Shown: one piece after another, positions 35,601-47,365 of the stretch
Numbering within the stretch: the first letter of the stretch is position 1
Layout: each line of letters starts with the position of its first letter
Assembly (NCBI RefSeq): GCF_018350175.1
Contig: NC_058369.1
Span: 13,702,001-13,766,000 of the forward strand
Source: Felis catus
Taxonomy: Eukaryota
Direction of reading: 5' to 3'
DNA: 64,000 nucleotides
Notes under the pieces: generated by a model
The model's input: only the letters and a program-made list of their open reading frames with translations
Database searches by the model: none
What the model was told of the DNA's origin: nothing
Translations under genes and position numbers: made by a program

Positions 35601-38600
35601 GAGTCCTTCAGAGGCTGACCTTTGAGAAGGGACAGGAAGGGGGGCAGCTTGCATTCCCCAGGCGGAAGGGTATGTCTCCAGGGGCCCTGCCCTGACCCAG
35701 CCAAGGGGCCCTCTCCCCACTTCTGTAGGGCAGGAAATGCGGTGTGACCGTGGGCAAAATGCTTAACTCCTCTGAACCCAAGTGGCTGCAGTTCTACAAG
35801 TTCCTGAGCATCCCTTGTGTGATGGCTTGTGCTAGCCCCAGGGACGGCAGTGACCCGCACAGACCAGACCCTTCGTCTTGGGTCCCGTCAGGCCTGGAGT
35901 GGGGGCAGATGATCCAGACAGACCAGAGTCAAGGGGCCCCCAGAGAACTACTCCTCTCTTCTCTACTCAGTCCCTGCAGAGTCCTCCTCCTTCCCTATCC
36001 TTTGATGTGTCCCCTCTGCCCTGTAAACTAGGCCTCCGTTTCCCCTTCTCCTCCCTGCTCTGTGGGCCCCAAAGGCAGACAGGCCTGGGACTTGGAGCCG
36101 ACCAGAGGAAGTGGCCTGTCCGCCTGCCCCCTGCCAGCTCTGGCCTGCCACCAGCGGCTCCGCCCTTGGCTGACGTGGGAACGCCCCTCTCTGGCACCCT
36201 GTCACCCCCTTCCTCCATCTGGAGTCAGGAGCCTGGAGACCCCACCCCAGTAGTCCTCTTCTTCATTTCCCTCCCTATTGGAGGAGGAGGGGGATTGGTG
36301 TGTGTAGCAGCTTCAGGGAGGAGCCTTCTGGAAGGGAGGTTCATCTTGAAGCTGCCAGTTGGTTTTTAGGTGTCTTGGATAGAGCTGGGGGTCTAGCTTA
36401 TCTGCCTCACCAGCCTACCGGGATGGGCCTAGAGTTAGGGACTGTGCCCCTACTAGTCTGAGGTTAGATTCAGACGGAAGGAACAAGCCTGTGCCAACGG
36501 ATGAGGCACATGCCCACTGGAGCCCTGGGTTGTTGGCATTTTCAGACCCCCAGATCCTCGGGCTTGGGACTGACTCCTTAGGAACTGGGAATCCTGGCCT
36601 CTTTCCTGGGCTGTGGGTTCAGCCTGGCAGGGCCCTGATCACCTCCAGCGTCTTGGGTGCAGCAAAGAGGCAAAGCCCATCCTGAGGGCCACATAGCGCA
36701 TCTGAGGAGGAGGCCAAGTCAGGGTTGCTAATCGTGGGTGGGGACAGGGGCAGCTGCTCGTCACCTAGAGGACCCTCCAGGCATCCTCACCTGCATGGGT
36801 AGAAGGTCAGATGGTCCAGGTTCCTTGTGCAGTGGAGTGGGCTGCTTTTGGAAAGGAGAGGACACTCAAGCGGGAAGTGACCTGACCTGGTTTTCATGGT
36901 ATTCCCCACCCCTGCAGAGCTCTGTAGCGGCCCCTAGTCCAGTGATGGGGAGCATGGCCCCCAACGACGCAATGGCAGCGGGCCCCATGGCACCCGGCTT
37001 CTTCCAGGTACAGCCAGGGCTGGTGCCCCCTGTTCTGCAACTCTTGAGTGGTTATGTCAGGGTGACAGGTGCGGGCACTGATGGGGTTGGGGGTCTCATG
37101 TGGGGAGAGGCCCTGGCAGGCTGGAATTGGGTGGGAGGGTGGTCAGTGCGTGGGTTTTTGCATCTGGGTTTTGGTGTAGCCAGCGGGGGAGGGGCCGCTT
37201 GAGCTGGGTCCCAGGCCAGGAGAAGGCGGGGTCTCTGTGCAGTTGGTCTGTGCGTGCCAGGTTGCTAAGAGCCTTAGAACATGGCTCTCTGAGCCGTGGG
37301 TCTTGCCCCTGACTGTTTCCGTAGAGCCCCTCACCCCAAACCCCGTCTTGCCTTAGGGGGAGTGCAGGACTGGCCCACCCTCCCGCCTCCATGGCATCCC
37401 CTCCCCCTCCCTGGCCACGCCCAGCAAGGCCACAGAAAGCAGTGAAGCTTCCGTGGACCTCGCTCTTCCCAACCCACCTGGTTCTGTCCTCCTAGGGCCC
37501 CCCCGACTCCCAGCAGCCCCCCCACAACCCCAACGCCCCCATGATGGGGCCTCACGTTCAGGTAAGGACCTGTGACGCCCCGCCCCTTCACCACACGCAC
37601 GTCCCAGCAACTCGAGCCCCCGGCCCCACCGCACTCACGCGCCGGGCACTGGCTGGCTGCGGTCTGCTGACTGGTCCTGGAAGAGGGGGCTGTCCAGGCT
37701 GGGGGCCGGGGCGCCGCAGGAACGGGGTAGCTTCGCGGGGCGAACGGGCGGTGGGAGGTGCTGATCCCCGGCCCACCTCTTCCAGCCCTTCATGTCACCG
37801 CGGTTCCCAGGGGGCCCCCGGCCCGCCCTGCGGATGCCGAGTCAGGTGAGAGAGGGATGAGGGGAGGGGGGGCAGGAGTTGGGCCAGGGTGGTGGTGCCC
37901 TCGCTCACTGCTGCCACGCCCCCCTCCGCAGCCTCCGGTGGGCCTCCCCGGCTCCCAGCCCCTCCTCCCTGGCGCCATGGAACCCTCCCCGCGTGCTCAG
38001 GGTGAGTAGGGAAGCTCCAGCTGCTGCCTCCCCTTCCACTCATCGGGACCCTGGCTGGGAATGCCTCGTCCCTGCTGTCTCACGGTGCAGAACCACCCCC
38101 ATCCGGCCCATGTCCACCCCGGGGAGTGTTACCGGCCTGAGCCCCCCTCCTTCTGTCCCCACCTCAGGGCATCCGAGCATGGGCCCGATGCAGAGGGTGA
38201 CACCTCCACGGGGCATGGCCGGCGTTGGACCCCAGGTGAGGGCAGGGTCCGGGAGAGGGGGTATGCCTCGGGGCCTTCCCCCCACACCTTGCCACTCACA
38301 GCCCTTTTGCTTCCCCAGAGCTATGGAGGTGGCATGCGGCCCCCACCCAACTCTCTCGCCGGCCCGGGCCTGCCCACCATGAACATGTAAGGCCCTGGGA
38401 GAACCCCTGGAGTGTGCCCACGTGGGCCATCACCCAGCTTCACGGGCTGGGTGGGCCGGGGCAGGCTCAATCTGCACTGGCCGTTGTTAATGCTCTGGAT
38501 ATCGTTTACTCTGCTGTCAGGTGGGGAAACTGAGGCCCAAAGGCCGGTGAGGGATGAAGGCTGACCCAGCCAATGTCTGCTGCGCTGAGGGCCTGTTTGG

Positions 38601-40453
38601 GGGCACACGGGGCAGCAGGGTGGGGGGTGACAGTGCGTAGTGGGGGGCCGTGTACCACCCGGCCTCACCCCAGGGTCCACCACTGTCTCTTCTAGGGGCC
38701 CTGGAGTGCGAGGCCCATGGGCCAGCCCCAGCGGAAACTCGGTGAGTGGTGGCCCGGAGGGCCGGGGGAAGATGGTGGCGGTCTGTGAGGGGTAGAGCGG
38801 GCCGACTGCTCATAGCTGTCCTTCTCCCCAGATCCCCTATTCCTCCTCCTCCCCCGGCAGCTACACGGTGAGTGGGGCCCAGCGGGCCGTGGCTGTGCCG
38901 CTCAAGCCTGGGGGGAGGGGTTGTGGGTGGCAGATGTGTGTGTTTGGGGGGAGGGTCTTTCTCACCTTCTCTGTCTCCCTCCTTGTGCAGGGACCCCCAG
39001 GAGGAGGCGGGCCCCCTGGAACACCCATCATGCCCAGCCCTGGAGGTGGTACAGCCCGGGTGGGGTACAGGGAGGGTGTTCCTGGAGAAGTCGTCACACT
39101 TCTTCCCCTCATGCACCAATATCTCCCCCAGACTCCACCAACTCCAGCGAGAACATGTACACTATCATGAACCCCATTGGGCCGGGCGCCGGCAGGGCTA
39201 ATGTGAGTGGAGGGGGCTCCAGGGTGGGGGCTGCAGAAAGTAGTGGCCCCACTGGGGGTCTGGTGGCCCTAGTCCCACGCTGCCCCGCTGCCCGCAGTTC
39301 CCACTCGGCCCTGGTCCGGAGGGCCCCATGGCGGCCATGAGTGCGATGGAGCCTCATCACGTGAACGGATCCCTGGGTGAGTGGGCGTCCGGAGACCACC
39401 CCCGCCCCACTCCCCAACCAGGCTGCTTCACAAGCCTTTTGCGCCCCCTGGCGGATGCTCCCGCCCCTCCAACCCCGTTTCTCCTCTGGCGACCCAGTTG
39501 TGCCCCGAGCTTCCGCAGGCGGCCCAGTGGCAGGGGTTGCGTTGGGGGGAGGATTCCTGTAGCTAAACCATGAGTGCCATCACTGACCCCTGCCCGGACC
39601 CTCCGTCCGAGATCCCCAGCAGGCTGGGCCTGGGGGCGGGGGAAGTTCGAGGAGGGGGTCGATTGACCCTGGGCTCCCGGGGGGCGGGGAAGTCGGGCCT
39701 GGCGCAGGCGCGTCTGAGCCGCGGTCCGCCGTCTGTCGGTCCACAGGCTCGGGCGATATGGACGGGTTGCCGAAGGTGAGGGGCCGCGCTCCTGCGTGGG
39801 GTGGGGCCTGGGGCTCCCGGGGCGCGGGGATGCGGGCTTGAGCAGGGCGGTGAGGCCTAGTCCAGGTCGGGACGAGCGGTGGGCAGGGCCTGGCCCGCNN
39901 NNNNNNNNNNNNNNNNNNNNNNNNNNNNNNNNNNNNNNNNNNNNNNNNNNNNNNNNNNNNNNNNNNNNNNNNNNNNNNNNNNNNNNNNNNNNNNNNNNNN
40001 NNNNNNNNNNNNNNNNNNNNNNNNNNNNNNNNNNNNNNNNNNNNNNNNNNNNNNNNNNNNNNNNNNNNNNNNNNNNNNNNNNNNNNNNNNNNNNNNNNNN
40101 NNNNNNNNNNNNNNNNNNNNNNNNNNNNNNNNNNNNNNNNNNNNNNNNNNNNNNNNNNNNNNNNNNNNNNNNNNNNNNNNNNNNNNNNNNCCCCTCTCCC
40201 CCCTTCCCTCACTCCCGCCCTTATCTCACCGGCCCGCCCCCGTCCCAACCCCACCCTGGGACCCGCACCCCAGGGCGGCTTCCCCACGCTTCGCCACCTG
40301 TCTCCCCCCCCACCCCACGTCCGCCCCGCCCCGCCCCGTCCCCTCTTCTCCCCGGGGGGGCGGGTCCCAGCCTAGGCCGGAGCTGAGCCCGCCTCCGCGC
40401 GCCACCCCCTCGTCTCTCCGCAGTACTCGCCGGGGATGACCATGAGCGTGTGA
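32638..40453 (+). CDS. SSBP4: Single-stranded DNA-binding protein 4 (SSDP family, LDB1 cofactor); visible coding exons 2-16 and 18
   Basis: Exons 32638-32710, 33069-33130, 33224-33308, 36918-37007, 37496-37561, 37786-37845, 37932-38001, 38168-38235, 38319-38386, 38696-38741, 38832-38867, 38991-39045, 39132-39202, 39298-39376, 39747-39775, 40424-40453; all GT-AG with consistent phases. LUFS domain [51 protein letters not shown]; ends YSPGMTMSV*. Exon 17 inferred in gap 39899-40190. Confidence 0.96.
39899..40190. other. Assembly gap (N run) over expected SSBP4 exon 17
   Basis: 292 N. Confidence 1.
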
Positions 40454-40780
40454 TGGGGCAGTAGCCCCTTGCCCACTGCCGGCCTCGGCTTCTGCCCAGT
40501 GCCCCTGCCTGGGACCAAGGTCCAGGGGCTCGGGCAGTCTGCTGGGTGAGGGTCTGAGGTCACACCTCGGGCGACTGTACTCCAGTTCAAGGATTGGACA
40601 GCTGGGAGGCCCCGCACGAAGGACTCTCATTTTATAAAAAAAAAACAAAACAAAAAACAAAAAACGCAAGGACCTCAGAGACGTTCTTTCATGTATAGGA
40701 CCTTCCTGCCATTTCTATTTTGTCCAAGGGGGCTCCCTGGGGACCTCTTTTCCCCTGGACAGCAGGGGGTGGGCCCCATC

Positions 40781-40786
40781 AATAAA
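40781..40786 (+). terminator. SSBP4 polyadenylation signal
   Basis: AATAAA followed by GT/T-rich downstream element. Confidence 0.8.
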
Positions 40787-41047
40787 TGTAACTTGGTTTT
40801 GGTTTTTGGTATCTGGTCTCAGATTTCTTCACTTTGGCTTGCAGCCACATCCTCCATCATGGGGTTAGGCAGAGGCTTCAGGGTTCTGGAAGTCTCAAGA
40901 TTTGGGACATCAGTTTTTGAAGGGTAGGTTGGAGTCTACCACGTGAGAAACGGGAAATGGGGTCTAGAGTGGGGGGGTGGGGTGATTAGGATTAGGTCGC
41001 AGGCGCCAAGAACCCACAGGTGATGCTGTGGCCGTAGTGGCACTGGC

Positions 41048-41053
41048 TTTATT
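41048..41053 (-). terminator. ISYNA1 polyadenylation signal
   Basis: AATAAA on the minus strand about 80 nt past the stop. Confidence 0.8.
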
Positions 41054-41132
41054 GTCTTTAGGGGTCTTGGAAAGGTTGGGTCCTGAGGGGCAATGGAGGC
41101 CGGAGTTTGGGGGCAGAAGAATGACCATGGCC

Positions 41133-44030
41133 TTAAGTGGTGGGCATCTGGGGTGCGTCAACCTGCGAGTGCCCGTTGGCATCACCCGTACAGCCGTTGG
41201 GGGCAGTTGGCGCTGGTCCCTTCTTGCAAGGCACAGGGCAGGCAGCGACCACGGGCCCCCCTCGCGTGAGGCCCGGGCGCTCCATCTTGTGCTCCAGAAG
41301 CATGTGGTTCTGTGGCGGGAGCCCCACACAGGCCCTGGGGAAAAGGCTGGGGGTTAGCGGGGGCCGGACTCCGCAGCCGGTGGACCCCGCGGCCCCCGAT
41401 CCCTAGAATCCCTGTGGCCACTTGGGCCTGGGACGGGGAGCCCCAAGGCCAGGGCGCACCTGAGGATATTCTCGATGCAGCTGCGCTGGCGGAAGAGCGC
41501 ATTGACCACCGGGCTGCCCGGGGGCACTAGCGGCGCCTTGAAGAGGAAGCTGAGCAGCGACAGCACCGAGTGGAAGGTCTGCGGCTCGGGGTCGGCGTCG
41601 GTGCAGAAGCTCACTCGCTGGCACAGTTCGGTCAGCAGCACCAGGTCTAGCATGATGGGCGCGGCCAGAAGCGAGTCCTGTGGGGCCGGGGGGTCAGAAG
41701 GTGGGGGGGGGGGGCCGGTGGGCAGCCCCCCTCCCGCCCCGGCGGGCCCCGCACCTCGCACGTGTTGTGCAGCACCAGCGTGTTGGTGCCGCCCAGCATC
41801 AGCTCCGACGTGTACTCATCCAACGCACGCTTGCTGTCGCCCACGTACGGCACGTACTTGATGACCACCTGGAGGGCAGCACGAGGTCACAGGGGTCCCC
41901 GCCCTCCTCGGCCGGGAGCCCCCACCCCCACCCCACCCCCATAGTGGCCCACGGCCCACGGCCCACGCACGCAGTGGTCGGGCTCCTCGCCGGGTGCGTA
42001 GAGCACCGGGTTGCTCTGCACCATGTCATCCACCACGCTGCTCTTGGACACCTCCTTGGAGCGGAACTGTGGCGGCGCCGACAGGTTCTGCCCGTCGTTG
42101 TTGCCCAGGTGGTTGTAGCTCACGATGGACATGGTCTGCGGGGAAAAAGGGGCCCCGCGGCAGCTGCAGGCCCCACAGCGCACAACCCCGGCGCTGAGGG
42201 TCCAAGCACCCCCTCCTGCGCCGTGCACCCCCGGGGCCCACGCACCTTGAGGCCGGAGCCAATAAGGAAGTCCACCAGTACGGACTTGACCTTGGTCTGT
42301 CCTGACTTGAAGTCGTCTCCACCCACGAAGACGCGTCGCTGACGAGCAAGCTCCAGGGCCCCGGGTACCAGCGTGTTCTGCGGGGACCCGTTGAGGAAGG
42401 CACAGCCCTCCAAGATGCTGGCCACAGCGAAGAGAGTGGAGGGCGACACCTCCAGGCCCAGCTGCGGACGTAGGCGGGCAGTCAGCACGGAGGGGTTCTT
42501 TGGGGCTCTGGCCCTGACCCCTCTCCAACCCCGTGTGCACCCCCACCTGGATGGTACGCAGCAAGTTCTCAGCAGTGTCATTGAGGCCTGGGACCACTTC
42601 GCAGAAGCGCTCCGTGTTCGCTGTCCACAGGACGATGACTTTGTCTAGCCCAGCGCTGGACCGGAAGTCACGGATGTCCCTGCGGATCTGCTCCAACTGG
42701 GCGGGGAGGGAAGGAGGTCGTACAGGCCCCTCGATCTGGAGAGGTCTGGGCGACTCAGTTGCCCAAGTGCAGAGTGAGGTGTGGACCCTCAGGATGGAAG
42801 CGTGAAGACAAAAGACGGACAGAGAACGTGGGGGCAAACGGCGGGAGCAACAAGTGGCAAGGGATAAAGGACTTGGGGCGGGGCTGCACCTGCTGGGCGC
42901 GAGTGCCAAGTATGAGGTTGTCCGCACGCGCACTCTGGTTAGCGGCGATGAACTCGGGGATGTAGACAGAGGGCCGGGGGCGGAGGGACTCCATGTGTGG
43001 CCACAGTTGCTCCTGCAGTCCCCAATCCAATACTTGCGCCCGCCGCATGGCCTCAGCCAGGTTCACGGATGATATGTCCCAGCCTGCGGCGGGGTGAGGG
43101 GTGGGAGGCTAACACCCCCAAGCTCAGCCCAGCCCGGAACCTAGGCCCCTCCAGGCCCCGCCTCCCACCCGCCCCTGCCTAGGGCCCCGCCCACCGTCGA
43201 ACACGAGGTCGTCGGGTGCCACCATGGGCAGCAGTGCGCTGAAGGGCACGAACACCTCCTGGCCCTCGGCGTCCAAGCCCAGGCTAACGGTGCCGGCCTG
43301 CGTCAGCGAGCCGTAGTAGTTGGCCTCCTGGGGGGCGGCAGGCGGGGCGGAGTGAGGTGGGGCGTGGCGTGGGCCGCTGGCCGGCCAGGGCCCCGCCCGG
43401 CATCCTCAAGCTCCGCCTTACTTTTGGACGCCTCAGCCGCAGAAGCGGCTCCCCGTTTGGAGGTTCCCCCCACCACGGGAGCCGGCCGGCACCTTAGGCT
43501 CCTCCCCCTGAGGGCCCCCCCTCCTTCGTAGAGCTCCGCCCCCTAGAGGCCCTTCTCCCTCCCGCACCGACTCCGGCCAAGGCCAAGCCCCACCCGACCC
43601 CCCACCTTGCGGCCGGTGCGCGTGGGCCAGGACAGGCGCAGCCGGTTGGCCAGCACGGCAGCGGTGAGCGTGGAGCCGTTGTTCCCACCCCAGCCGACGA
43701 GCATGACCCCGAGCCGGGGCACCTGCCGGACGGTCCGGAAGGTGAAGCGCGTGGACGTGGGGTACACCTGGGGACGGGCGGTTCAGTGAGTCTGGGGCCA
43801 CACCCCCCTCTTACTGCAGGGACAGGCCCACAGACGTTGGGTCATTCCCGTCCCCTCCTGGCTCCCTAGTTCCCCCATTCCCACCCCACAACTCCTGGTC
43901 CCCTGCCTACCTTGAGGACACCGCCCTCGCGGCTGACGCACGTTGTCCGGTACTCGTACTGAGCCTCGATGGCGTCAGGGCCGTAGACCACGTCGGGGCT
44001 TTCGACCACGAACTCGGCTGTGGCCTCCAT
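41133..44030 (-). CDS. ISYNA1: Inositol-3-phosphate synthase 1, 557 aa, 10 coding exons
   Basis: Exons 44030-43911, 43767-43606, 43327-43195, 43083-42890, 42696-42547, 42461-42246, 42135-41971, 41868-41755, 41677-41460, 41334-41133 (1674 nt). MIPS motifs [34 protein letters not shown]. Confidence 0.98.
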
Positions 44031-44141
44031 CGCGGAGAGCTAGGGGCGTAGGGTGGGCAGGTCAGCGGGGACACGGGAGCCGGCGGACCGAGGCGACTGC
44101 GGTCCCCGGAGAGCCCGCACCAAACCCGGGGACGCACTCAC

Positions 44142-44236
44142 CGGCGCGGAGTCAACTCGGACAGTGGCGGACGGCGAGGGCTCGGGGCGCGCGAACTCCA
44201 GAGAAAAGAGCCGCGGCCCCGCCCACGCCCCGCCCC
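44142..44236 (-). promoter_or_regulatory. ISYNA1 non-coding exon 1 and TATA-less GC-box promoter
   Basis: Donor CCG|gtgagt at 44141, acceptor cctag| at 44040 just before the ATG; two GGGGCGGG boxes at 44217-44236. Confidence 0.75.
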
Positions 44237-45339
44237 TCACCCCACCCGCGCCAGGGAGGAGGGGCGCGCGGGGAGGAGGGGCGCGTCTGCCTAAGATTCG
44301 GGTTCAAGGCCCCGGAGACCTTAGCCATCACCGCCCTTGGGATCCCGCCCTGCCTGGCGCGGCAGGACATCCACGTGGGCTCCAGACCCCGGAGCGCGTG
44401 GATTCACTTCGCACCACAGTCGCTGAAGGCGCTCGGCCACTTTGCCTCATTTTGCAAAAGAGGACAATAATGGTTGCGAGAGCACGCCAGGCCCAGCCAC
44501 AAGGCAAAAGGTGGAGCTGGAGCAGGGCAGGGGGGCTGGGCACCTGGGTCCGAGATACTGCAGTGGAAACTAAGGCCAGAATTCTGACTCCCGAGCCCAG
44601 CACTGCTTCAGCCTAGGCCGCCTCGGCCTCCCCCTTCCTGAGCAGAAGACACTCCCGACAGGGCTCACATGGTGCGTGTAGGGGGCGCTGCGAGGCCTCG
44701 ATTTCCCTACCTGTGGCAGGAGGGCTTGGCAGGGCCAGGCTGGAGGGGGCCGGTGTTTGGTGAGAGGACGGCGGAAGGGAGGGGGTGGGCAGGACCCACG
44801 AGGTCAGCTGGGGAGGAGCTAGGCAGGCACAGCACGGAGCCCCCCTAGCACCCAGTGATAAGGGAGCGTGGGAACCCGGCGGGCGGGCGGGGGCGGCTCC
44901 CCCAGGAACTTTCCAAAACAAGCGGCCTCCTCCGGCTGGAAAGTTTCCACCACTGGAGCTGACCCAAAAGGTGGATAGTTGGGAACGTTCGCAGGAAACA
45001 TGGTCAGGGCCTGGCCTTGGGGGTTGTGGGCTCCGAGACTCTGGCTCCAGGCTTTGCCCTCAAGGGGCTCCAGTGTAGGGGCGTCCGAAGTACACTGGGG
45101 CCCCCCTACCTGGCCAGAGGCAACTCACAGATAGGGTCTGGCAAGGGCAGGCTGCCTGGAGGAGGTGGTTGCTGCAAGGTTCTTGAGACAAGAGGACATC
45201 TCTTATGGGGAGATATGAAGGACTGCCCAGGCAAAAACCTTGGGGGGGTGGGATCGGGGGCAGACGGAAAGGTGGCCGGGTGGGAGGGAAGAGAAGCGGT
45301 CTGGGGACAAGGGCAGACCCTCGAGGCTGGAGGGAGGGA

Positions 45340-45780
45340 GTATTGTATAATATTTGCGTTTCGTCCCCAGTTCCTGGCTGGAGATTGAGTCCAGTCACCA
45401 ACGGCCAGTGATTTCATATGTACATAACGGAGCCTCTGCAAAAACCCAACAAGGAGGGCTCGGGAAGCACATGACGGTGCTGCCCACATGATGGGCGGTG
45501 GCCCATCTGGAGAAGGCATGGAAGCCCAGTGCCATTCTTCGCTCCCTGCCTTCACCATCTACCTCCTCCGGCTGTTGGGAGTGTTTTCCTGAGCACTGTG
45601 AGCCATTCTGGCAAACCAAGGGGGGGAGCCGAGGGAACCCCTGATGTATAGCCAGTGGGTCAGAAGTTTGGGTGGCCCGAGACTTGTGGCAGGTGTCTGA
45701 AGTCGGGGCGGTCTTGTGTGGGACTGAGCCCTTCACCTGTGGGGTCTGGTGCCAGCTCCAAGAATTGAAATCCAGTAGAC
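45340..45780 (+). mobile_element. Probable MER21-family LTR remnant
   Basis: GTCTTGTGTGGGACTGAGCCCTTCACCTGTGGGGTCTG and CCAGTGATTTCATATGTACATAACGGAGCCTCTGCAAAAACCC resemble the MER21 consensus as I recall it; not searched. Confidence 0.6.
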
Positions 45781-47359
45781 TGGAGGGAGCTTGTGCCTCC
45801 ACGTGACAAGTGACCTGGGAATGAGTGCAGAGACCAGAGAGGTCCCCAGCCCCAGGCCTGGGGAGCCCTAGCACTCACTGGGCAGCCTGCAGGAAGATGG
45901 TGGGGGCAGAGCTGACCCAGACAGGCTCCCCGGAAGGGCAGTGGGGTGGCTGGGTGGGGGGCTGGGCGGGACGTGGCCTCGGGCTGCTTCTAATCCTGGC
46001 AGACAAGTGGGCACCGCACAGTGATCGCAGGGACCACCTGGGGACCCCAGTGGGGCTCTCGAGGGCAGGGGCAGGGCTGTCTCAGCCACCGAGTGCCAGT
46101 GCCCAGGTGGAGCCTGGCGCACAGGAGGGACTGTGGGATCGGAGTGCCGGCAAGATGACACCTGGGGATGTCGTCCAACAAGTGGCCGGAATGGTGGGCG
46201 GCCCCTAGCCCCTCGGCCATGGTACAGATTGTGAGCTTGGGAAGACCCTTCTGGGGCTGGGGGGCTGGACTTGTGACGTCCTTGGCGCGGGAAGGATGGT
46301 CACGGGACTGCCTGCCGCTGAGGTGCCGGGGGTGACGGCCACCCTGGGAGGCACGGGGGCTGCAGGGGAGTCTGGTGGAGGGCCTAGGGAGTCGGGTGGG
46401 CAAGGCGAAGCTGAGGCGTGACGGGGTTGAAGGAGGCAGACGCTGGCCCTGGACTCCGGACCGTGGGGGAGAGAGATGTTGTCCCCGAGAAGAACGGTAC
46501 GGGCAGGCCGCCCGGGGAGCAGGGTACACTCTGCCCCACAGGGCCTGCTTGACCTTGTCTCCTGCGCCCCTTGGATTCCCAGGCCACCTTAGAACTCGGA
46601 CCAAGGCTGCTGGGCAGCAGGGCTGTCCCAGAGGCTAAGGCCCACAGCCCCTGACCCCTGGACCCCTTTAATCCCAGTCTTACTCTTTATCTATTTTTCC
46701 TTCCTAAGATAAACACCCACCCGCACCACGTCCTTCAAGAACAGGACCCTGACCCCTGCCTTGCCTTCAGCTCCTCACCTGGAACATGGGACAAGGACAG
46801 ACATCCCTGCTGGCATCCCGGGCCTGTGGGATTCCACTGGGCCTCAGCGTCCCCATCCCCATCATGGGCACAGGGGCGGCCCCAGCGAGCCGGCCTAGTT
46901 GGGAGAAACAATAAAATAGTGCCGTCACCGCCGTTTTCATCATTTCCCCAAACACGGGTGCTCCCCTGGCCCCACGCGTTCCCTGCTCCTGGGGGCTCTG
47001 GCACTTCGGGAGGCCTCTGCTGGGCCCGGTCTACCCTGTCCACACCCGGGGACACGGTCCTGCTCACACACCCACCCTGGCTCCCCGCTGCCCCCACATC
47101 CCCAGTGTCCATTCCTCTCCTGCCTGTGACCAAGTGGTCTGGCCTCGTGCCTTGGCACCTGCAGGGCCCATCACCTCGCCTGGGTCAGCCTCCACCTGCC
47201 GGCCTCACCCCCACGTGTGCCCATCACCATGGCTACTCCGGGGCCGGCCAAGTCTAGTCCTGACCCCAGCCCTCCCCCACAGGGGCCCAGGAGGCCCCTG
47301 GCTGTGACAGACACAAACGCACCCAGGCACTCCGGGCTGCTAGGTTCGGTTCAGTGAAA

Positions 47360-47365
47360 TTTATT
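47360..47365 (-). terminator. ELL distal polyadenylation signal (3' UTR about 2.2 kb)
   Basis: AATAAA on the minus strand at the end of an AT-rich UTR block (47380-47720). Confidence 0.75.
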
